DNA of 64,000 nucleotides from Candidatus Omnitrophota bacterium (GTDB lineage Bacteria; Omnitrophota; Gorgyraeia; Zapsychrales; Fredricksoniimonadaceae): NCBI GenBank assembly GCA_044225175.1, contig JBGAJA010000004.1, positions 81,631 to 145,630 of the forward strand, read 5' to 3'. Shown piece by piece: positions 58,470 to 64,000 of this stretch (position 1 is its first letter; each line of letters starts with the position of its first letter). The notes under the pieces were generated by a model. It saw only the letters and a program-made list of their open reading frames with translations, ran no database searches and was not told where the DNA came from. The position numbers and the translations under genes were made by a program.

Positions 58470-58946
58470 TTAATGATGATGTCCGCAGCCATCTGCCCCA
58501 TGTGCATGCCCGTGAGCAACTTCTTCCACGGTAGCCATGCGTCTTTGCACAATTTCTACTTCAAAAGTCAAATCTTGACCAGCTAAGGGATGATTACCAT
58601 CAAGAATAACTTCATCCTTTTCAACTCCCACAACAGTCACAGGAAAATTATTTTGTCCATTTCCAGCTTCAAAAACATCTCCAACCTTAGGATCAGGAGT
58701 TGGAAGCTTACTGCGAGATACTTTATAGACCAAAGTATCATTGTAAGGACCATAGGCCTCTTTAGATGGCACAGTGATAGTCTTTTTTTCATTGGATTTT
58801 AATTCTACTAAGAACGATTCTAAACCAGGAATAATTTGTCCTGATTCAGTCATAAAAATCAAAGGATGACCTGCTTGAGAAGCATCAACCACTTGATTGT
58901 CCTTATTGGTTAACGTGTAATTAAATGAAATGATTTCTTTAGACAT
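58470..58946 (-). CDS. slyD: FKBP-type peptidyl-prolyl isomerase SlyD with a His/Cys-rich metal-binding tail
   Basis: 158 aa with FKBP plus IF domain and a C-terminal HGHAHGADGCGHHH. Confidence 0.8.
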   Translation of the reverse strand: MSKEIISFNYTLTNKDNQVVDASQAGHPLIFMTESGQIIPGLESFLVELKSNEKKTITVPSKEAYGPYNDTLVYKVSRSKLPTPDPKVGDVFEAGNGQNNFPVTVVGVEKDEVILDGNHPLAGQDLTFEVEIVQRRMATVEEVAHGHAHGADGCGHHH

Positions 58947-59026
58947 AGGAATTTCTTTCTATAACGCCTCTTTCGCAAATAGGTAGGCAGGTTTATAAGT
59001 AGAGCCTTTAAAGCTCATGATACTGA

Positions 59027-59224
59027 TTAATGCTGTGGTAATGGACACATTTTCTGAGCACTTGCGCCAGAAAAAAGACACCCTTTGCCTACGGCATAAC
59101 CCAACATAAATATTCCTAGAACTAAAATAACTCCTAGGACGACTTTCTTCATTTTGCAGCAACATCCACAACCACTCGCTGGATTAGTTGAACAGCATTC
59201 ATCTTTCTTTTGTTCTTCGCTCAT
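59027..59224 (-). CDS. Small Cys-rich membrane peptide (65 aa)
   Basis: N-terminal CCSTNPASGCGCCC followed by a single TM. Adjacent to slyD. Weak call. Confidence 0.3.
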   Translation of the reverse strand: MSEEQKKDECCSTNPASGCGCCCKMKKVVLGVILVLGIFMLGYAVGKGCLFSGASAQKMCPLPQH

Positions 59225-59249
59225 AGATTCTCCTTATTTGAACGGCCAT

Positions 59250-59729
59250 CTATTGTTTAACAGCATTTTCTGAATTTTTCAACAAACTCGACGATAGTAT
59301 TTGATCTTTGGAGTGAAATGAGACAATCCGTATTTTTCCCTGATTAGAAATTACCAGAGATGGTTCCTTCCTTTTTTCCATGGCGTGCCGTATTACCTCT
59401 TCTAATTCTTTCGCATCCATCACATACCTAGGAGCAGAAGAGTTTGAATCTTTTCTGAAAGCTTCCACTTCTTTATTAATTCCTTGATTAAAACTCATTT
59501 GATCAAGTTTCTTAAGGTCTAAGACAGAAATATATGGCGCCATTCTTTTTTCTACAGTGGGCCCATTGATTTTTAACTTATGAAGAGATTCGTCTTGTTG
59601 TTTTTTCTTATAATCTTCAATGGACTTGAAGTACTTACCTGCCGAATAAATCTCAACATCAGCTTGAGAAAATGATGTAGTTAGAAACAAGGTTATCAAG
59701 GTTAATATTAGCCACATATAGTTTCTCAA
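59250..59729 (-). CDS. Secreted hypothetical protein (159 aa)
   Basis: Signal peptide. No recognisable domain. Confidence 0.4.
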   Translation of the reverse strand: MRNYMWLILTLITLFLTTSFSQADVEIYSAGKYFKSIEDYKKKQQDESLHKLKINGPTVEKRMAPYISVLDLKKLDQMSFNQGINKEVEAFRKDSNSSAPRYVMDAKELEEVIRHAMEKRKEPSLVISNQGKIRIVSFHSKDQILSSSLLKNSENAVKQ

Positions 59730-60163
59730 TGCTCTTTTGCATTCATGATTCTCTGGGTAAATTCTGCTTCAAACAATTTCTTGATCTTTTTGAGCTCACT
59801 TTTTCCTAAGAAATACTTAACGGCCTCTTCAATGGCTAATAGACGGTTTTTAAGATAAAGATATTGCGGATTGAAGGTCTTTTTCTGAGAAGAGGTGTAT
59901 TTTTGATTAATTTCATCGGCCTTCTTGGTAGAGATATATTTCTTAAAATCATCAATAAATTTCTTGTCATCTTTATTTAGCTTTAAGTTTTGATTTAAAT
60001 GACTTAAAAGAAACTCATCAACTTGAATTTGAGTTGTTTTTCTCTCGATACGCTCAAATGATTCTCTTGTTGTTTTATAGCACCAAATGAGATAACGACG
60101 AATAAGATCTTGATGAAGGTCACTTTGCTGCATTGAGTTTAATTTCTTTATTAATTTGATCAA
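59726..60163 (-). CDS. Hypothetical protein (145 aa)
   Basis: ORF coupled to its neighbours by overlaps. No recognisable domain. Confidence 0.35.
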   Translation of the reverse strand: MIKLIKKLNSMQQSDLHQDLIRRYLIWCYKTTRESFERIERKTTQIQVDEFLLSHLNQNLKLNKDDKKFIDDFKKYISTKKADEINQKYTSSQKKTFNPQYLYLKNRLLAIEEAVKYFLGKSELKKIKKLFEAEFTQRIMNAKEH

Positions 60164-60311
60164 TCATGTTGACTGTGCTGTTGAGTGTTCTTTCAACAGA
60201 ATTCTTGATAAGACCTGACTGCGGATTTAAAAGGAGCAAAAACACCAAAATAACAGCTACAACCAAAAGAATGTACTCAATAATATTTTGCCCCGTTGAA
60301 TCAATTTTCAT
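60120..60311 (-). CDS. Flp/Fap-type (type IVb) prepilin
   Basis: 63 aa. Short leader ending in G, followed by QNIIEY (E at +5, Y at +6) and a hydrophobic helix, which is the classic Flp prepilin peptidase motif. Confidence 0.5.
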   Translation of the reverse strand: MKIDSTGQNIIEYILLVVAVILVFLLLLNPQSGLIKNSVERTLNSTVNMIDQINKEIKLNAAK

Positions 60312-60332
60312 AGTAATAATATATCATATTTT

Positions 60333-60842
60333 CTATTTGTAGACAACATCCCCTACCAGGGCAGGTTTATCAATCTTGATTCCTATTAATTGCCCCTTTT
60401 TAGCTACTTTGACATCTTCACTTTCAATTTGCATAGACCATACCTTCTGCACGAATTTACTTTTTACCCCCACGATCGTTAATTTATCTCCAATGAGGAC
60501 CGTCCCATGAGTAATTTTGACCACACAAACCTTGATACGTTCAAAATAATGAGTAATTTCCCCTACTTTAACCAAATTGGGGTCTATTTCAGGGGTTTTT
60601 GGCTTCTTAACCACTGGTTTTTTAGCCTCCTTCACAACAATCTTCTTTTCTGGCTGATCCTTCTGAATAGCGGTTTTCTTAATAGGTAAGGGTTTTACTG
60701 GCTTTTTAAGCGGCTTTTTTAAAGGCTTTTTAACAGGCTTTTTGTTTCTTCTTTTGACTGCTGAAAGGGGTTTTCTTTTCGTGGACTTTTTGATCCAAAA
60801 GACTTCTTTAATGACATCTGATATTTTTTTTAGGAAAGACAT
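60333..60842 (-). CDS. Lys/Pro-rich protein (KKPxKKPLKKP repeats) with a C-terminal small beta-barrel domain (EF-Tu domain-2-like)
   Basis: 169 aa. Basic low-complexity N-terminal half. C-terminal VGEITHYF...GDKLTIVG...GQLIGIKI...GDVVY resembles translation-factor domain II barrels. Confidence 0.4.
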   Translation of the reverse strand: MSFLKKISDVIKEVFWIKKSTKRKPLSAVKRRNKKPVKKPLKKPLKKPVKPLPIKKTAIQKDQPEKKIVVKEAKKPVVKKPKTPEIDPNLVKVGEITHYFERIKVCVVKITHGTVLIGDKLTIVGVKSKFVQKVWSMQIESEDVKVAKKGQLIGIKIDKPALVGDVVYK

Positions 60843-60854
60843 GGCCAGATTTAA

Positions 60855-61172
60855 TTATAAGGAGATTTTATCAGCCCAGATAGAGACGACAGGTAAACGT
60901 AAAAATTCACCTTTAAGAACGGCTATTAAGCAGCAAAATGATAATGCCATCAGAATAAACATAAGCGGAGCTAGAATAAATGGAAATACAATACTTAAAA
61001 TCCAAACAGCAACTTGTGAAATAAAAAGAACAAGCCCCTGTTTACCGTGGGCTAAGACAAATGGATTGTTTTTCTTTAAGATTAAAGGAATGATGCAAAG
61101 AATGGACAAGTAAGCGAGCAGAGCGTAAATCTTACCATCAAGTATGACTTCCCTTGAAAAACCCTGCTGCAT
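60855..61172 (-). CDS. Small membrane protein (105 aa)
   Basis: Three hydrophobic helices. Coupled to parA (its stop overlaps the parA start). Confidence 0.35.
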   Translation of the reverse strand: MQQGFSREVILDGKIYALLAYLSILCIIPLILKKNNPFVLAHGKQGLVLFISQVAVWILSIVFPFILAPLMFILMALSFCCLIAVLKGEFLRLPVVSIWADKISL

Positions 61173-62353
61173 TAAGCTTTGACCTCAACGAGAGAATTGA
61201 TATCGCCAAACGAATTGCGTTCAATATTTTGATTATCAGGATCTTTTTGCCATTTCCCATCTACGATGAATTGGTATTTATAGACTCCAGGTTTCAAATT
61301 AACGCTCAGTCTCCACATTCCATGACTATTGGTCATTCGACATTTTTCATCTAAAGACCAGTCATTGAAAGATCCCGTAACATAGACATTTTGTGCTTCT
61401 GGTGCCTTCAAAGAGAAATTAGCGAGCCCCATAAATTCTGTTGATTGTTTCTCAACTAGCTCTTGCATACGTTCTGAAGGTTCATATGTTTTAATTGTCT
61501 CTTGGGCAACAAATATTTCTTCTGTAGCTTTAAGAGGTTCTTTGGCCAAAGGCTCTTTAACCAAACGTTCTTCTTTAACCACATTGAATTCAGCAGGGCG
61601 ATCTAACATGAGGATTTCCATAGCCAAACTTAAATAATCTTTAGAGCCACGGCAATATTTATCATATTTGATAACTGCTTCCCCCATGACGGCAGATTCT
61701 TTTAACTTAACATTGACATGGACAATTGTGTCATAAATTAATTTACCAAACTTCTCTTTCATTTTAGATAGCATGGTAAATGAATGACGCAAACGAGAAT
61801 CAAACATAGTAACTAAAATTCTCTCTTGAACTGGATGATTAAGTCTGTCGCGGATCAAATTAATGATATCTGTTAAATGATCTACCCCCTGCATCGAAAA
61901 ACGGCTGGTTTCAACAGGGATAATGACTTGATCCGAAGCTCGGATGGAATTGACCGTTAAGAAACCTAAGCTTGGCGGACAATCAATTAAAATATAATCA
62001 TATAAATCTTTAATTTCTGAAATTGTCTCGACCAATTTTAATTCACGACCAATTTCATCAGTCAATTCCTGTTCTAACGTTCCAACAAGAATGTTCGATG
62101 GAACAATGTCAAAATTGTTGTCGACACGTTTAATAATTTCTTTGATTTTAAGTTTTCGAGGGGTAAGTTTAGAAATAATGTTGTAGAGACTGTAGCTGTC
62201 GTCGATATTTAAGCCTAATGTCGCATGAGCCTGAGGATCCAAGTCAATCAAAAGGGTTTTCTTTCCGTTAAATGCTAATGTGGCAGCTAAATTAATGGAG
62301 CTCGTTGTTTTCCCACATCCACCTTTTTGATTGGCAATCGAAATAATTTTCAT
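61172..62353 (-). CDS. ParA/MinD-family ATPase fused to a C-terminal CBM48 / AMPK-beta glycogen-binding domain
   Basis: Deviant Walker A (KGGCGKTT) at the N-terminus. The C-terminal ~80 aa (VYVTGSFNDW...WRL...KYQFIVDGKWQKDPDN) match the glycogen-binding module. Confidence 0.7.
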   Translation of the reverse strand: MKIISIANQKGGCGKTTSSINLAATLAFNGKKTLLIDLDPQAHATLGLNIDDSYSLYNIISKLTPRKLKIKEIIKRVDNNFDIVPSNILVGTLEQELTDEIGRELKLVETISEIKDLYDYILIDCPPSLGFLTVNSIRASDQVIIPVETSRFSMQGVDHLTDIINLIRDRLNHPVQERILVTMFDSRLRHSFTMLSKMKEKFGKLIYDTIVHVNVKLKESAVMGEAVIKYDKYCRGSKDYLSLAMEILMLDRPAEFNVVKEERLVKEPLAKEPLKATEEIFVAQETIKTYEPSERMQELVEKQSTEFMGLANFSLKAPEAQNVYVTGSFNDWSLDEKCRMTNSHGMWRLSVNLKPGVYKYQFIVDGKWQKDPDNQNIERNSFGDINSLVEVKA

Positions 62354-62373
62354 AAATTTTTTGATCCTTTTGG

Positions 62374-62946
62374 CTAGTTAGAAAATGCTAAATCATCAAT
62401 AAGAACTGTGCCTTTTTTGAAATCCATGTTCCATGCTTCAAGAACAAAAGACACATCTGTTACAGTGCTCCAATCCGTCAAATTCAATTTATCCAGAGGG
62501 ATACTGACTTTCTGCCATCCTGTCTGAACATTTTGAATGTAGTATGTGGCCTTTTCATTGCGTTGATTCCCTAGAATCATCTTGATAACTCCCGGCGCTT
62601 CATTTAATCCACGTATCGATAAATTTAAATGACTATATTTTGAAATATCCTTATTCGGGATCGTAATTGTAAATGTTTTTGTCGACGGAAATGGGTCATT
62701 AAGATCATAAACAATGCGTATTGGATTATTATTTAAAGAATAAAAAACTTCATTCTTCAATGATACTCGTCGAGTTAAAAAAGCTGTGAACCCATAGACC
62801 GTTGAAACAAGAATCACCGCTGTAATCACAATATTGATAATCAGCCATGACTTATTTAAAGTCTTCTTCTTTTTTTCTTGAACAACATTTTCTCTCTTGC
62901 CTAAATAAACCTTGGCAAGATGATCATAAATTTCATCGCGCGTCAT
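62374..62946 (-). CDS. Membrane-anchored hypothetical protein (190 aa), possible ParA partner
   Basis: N-terminal TM anchor and a C-terminal beta-rich domain. Lies immediately upstream of parA in the same orientation. Confidence 0.4.
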   Translation of the reverse strand: MTRDEIYDHLAKVYLGKRENVVQEKKKKTLNKSWLIINIVITAVILVSTVYGFTAFLTRRVSLKNEVFYSLNNNPIRIVYDLNDPFPSTKTFTITIPNKDISKYSHLNLSIRGLNEAPGVIKMILGNQRNEKATYYIQNVQTGWQKVSIPLDKLNLTDWSTVTDVSFVLEAWNMDFKKGTVLIDDLAFSN

Positions 62947-63100
62947 ACTACTTTTTACTCGCTTCTATCTATAAAAAATTATGAATGATCTATAAATAAT
63001 TCAATGTTATTAACTTAATAAAAATATATTAACAAAGAAAAATGAAATACAAAATGTTATCTAAACTATTTTTATTATTGAAAAAAAGTTTGTCGACGGA

Positions 63101-63143
63101 GAAAAGAAAAACCCCGCCTCGTTTTCACGAGACGGGGTTTTAA
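63101..63143 (-). terminator. Rho-independent terminator of the outer-membrane protein gene
   Basis: The hairpin ccccgcctcg-ttttca-cgagacgggg is followed on the minus strand by TTTTTCTTTTCT, 25 nt after the stop. Confidence 0.7.
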
Positions 63144-63165
63144 TCGTGCGAAATGATCTTCTAAA

Positions 63166-64000
63166 TTAGAAGTTCACATTCACGTGAGCTAATGCTTGAC
63201 TTGCAGTGCTGTCGTTAGCATTTGCAAACAACTTTCCTGGAACGAACCAACCTAAAGAAACACCTAATGTAACATCTTCAGTGTAGGCATAGTTGACGTT
63301 AACGTCATATTCATTGCCCATGTCTTTGCGGCTAGTTGTTGTAGGAGCAGCTGAAGTTCCATCTGGTTGACGGAATGTTAATGCATTTTCTGTACCAACT
63401 TTTCTATCTGCCCATAAACCGCTCCATGTTACAGCAGCAGTTACATCTTGGATAGGAGCAGCAGAAACACCAACAGCAACGATATTCATGTTGGTTAAAT
63501 CAAACAAGGTATTGTAGATTGTACCACTACCTTGAGCTTCATTGAACGGATCCCAAGCGGTGTACACTTCGCGAGAAGCAGGATTACCACTTGTAGAACG
63601 ATTCACACTACCATTCTTATCACCTGAAACATGCGTATAAGCAGCATTCACGCCTGTTTTGTATTTTTCTAATTCAGCAACTGGAATTGCATAGTTTGCC
63701 ATTAATTGATAAGCAAATGCAGAACGACGAAGGTTATCACCTTGTGCAGGTAATGGTGTTGAATCATTATTACCCTTACGTCCTAATTGCCAAGCAACTT
63801 CCGCTTGAGTGTTTAATCCTTTGATAGGATTTGTGCTCACGCGTAAACCAGGAACGTATAATTGATCACCTTTGTCAGAAGCAGCTCCGTTGACAGTGGT
63901 ATTCTTATCACCAGAAACGCGAGAGAAGAAATAACCTTCAACAACAGAGTTCATTGCATCGCCTAATTGATAATTGGCGTTAAGACCTAACACATCAGAT
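63166..64000 (-). CDS. Outer-membrane beta-barrel protein (porin-like), C-terminal part; the N-terminus lies beyond the window end
   Basis: Alternating amphipathic beta-strands and a C-terminal ...HVNVNF with terminal Phe. No signal peptide, and the frame is open to the window edge (GTG at 63993 is only the track start). Confidence 0.5.
   Translation of the reverse strand, partial: SDVLGLNANYQLGDAMNSVVEGYFFSRVSGDKNTTVNGAASDKGDQLYVPGLRVSTNPIKGLNTQAEVAWQLGRKGNNDSTPLPAQGDNLRRSAFAYQLMANYAIPVAELEKYKTGVNAAYTHVSGDKNGSVNRSTSGNPASREVYTAWDPFNEAQGSGTIYNTLFDLTNMNIVAVGVSAAPIQDVTAAVTWSGLWADRKVGTENALTFRQPDGTSAAPTTTSRKDMGNEYDVNVNYAYTEDVTLGVSLGWFVPGKLFANANDSTASQALAHVNVNF

Noticed and set aside
58196-58552. 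118-aa minus-strand ORF overlapping the slyD 3' end by 83 nt
   Set aside because: The overlap is large whichever internal start is chosen, and there is no recognisable motif. It may be a small membrane protein but was not called. The ORF 58959-59171 is an alternate frame of the 59027-59224 region.

Overview
This is an AT-rich bacterial chromosomal window. Most genes lie on the minus strand and are tightly packed. The ORF track shows TTG/GTG starts as M, so I moved several starts to internal ATGs. The track also omits ORFs that run off the window edge without a stop.

Housekeeping content:
- Thiol homeostasis: a glutathione / glutaredoxin / BolA operon (GshA-like, gshB, grx, two BolA-like proteins, monothiol grxD).
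- Metabolism and translation: metH, apt, ppdK, an alpha2-type glycyl-tRNA synthetase, a small sigma-70-family factor, and a riboflavin operon (ribBA-ribH-nusB-PHP-ribD-ribE).
- Polyphosphate: ppk1-ppx with an adjacent ROK kinase.
- Other: CinA-like, slyD, a Flp-type pilin, a ParA ATPase fused to a glycogen-binding CBM48 domain, one tRNA-Arg(CCU), and a partial outer-membrane beta-barrel protein at the 3' end.

Three things stand out:
1. A head-to-tail, translationally coupled array of giant modular secreted proteins at 27.2-47.4 kb, with a fourth paralog running off the window start. They share an N-terminal signal-peptide domain and a ~55-aa C-terminal tail, with variable cargo in between (WD40 propellers; in the 3589-aa member also VWA, two AAA+ modules and a Gly-X-Y tract).
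2. Two families of palindromic elements occur both in intergenic, terminator-like positions and in-frame inside the giant genes. This resembles Rickettsia palindromic elements.
3. A putative polyprenyl-phosphate-dependent glycosylation locus: a GtrB/Dpm1-like GT2, ArnT/PMT-like GT-C membrane proteins, a TMTC-like GT-C+TPR protein, a radical SAM enzyme and a membrane ICMT-like methyltransferase, flanking a secreted Cys-rich protein with a long (SSTG)n linker.

The high MetH identity to enterobacterial MetH and the eukaryote-like repeat proteins suggest an intracellular or amoeba-associated lineage, possibly gammaproteobacterial. This is a low-confidence guess.
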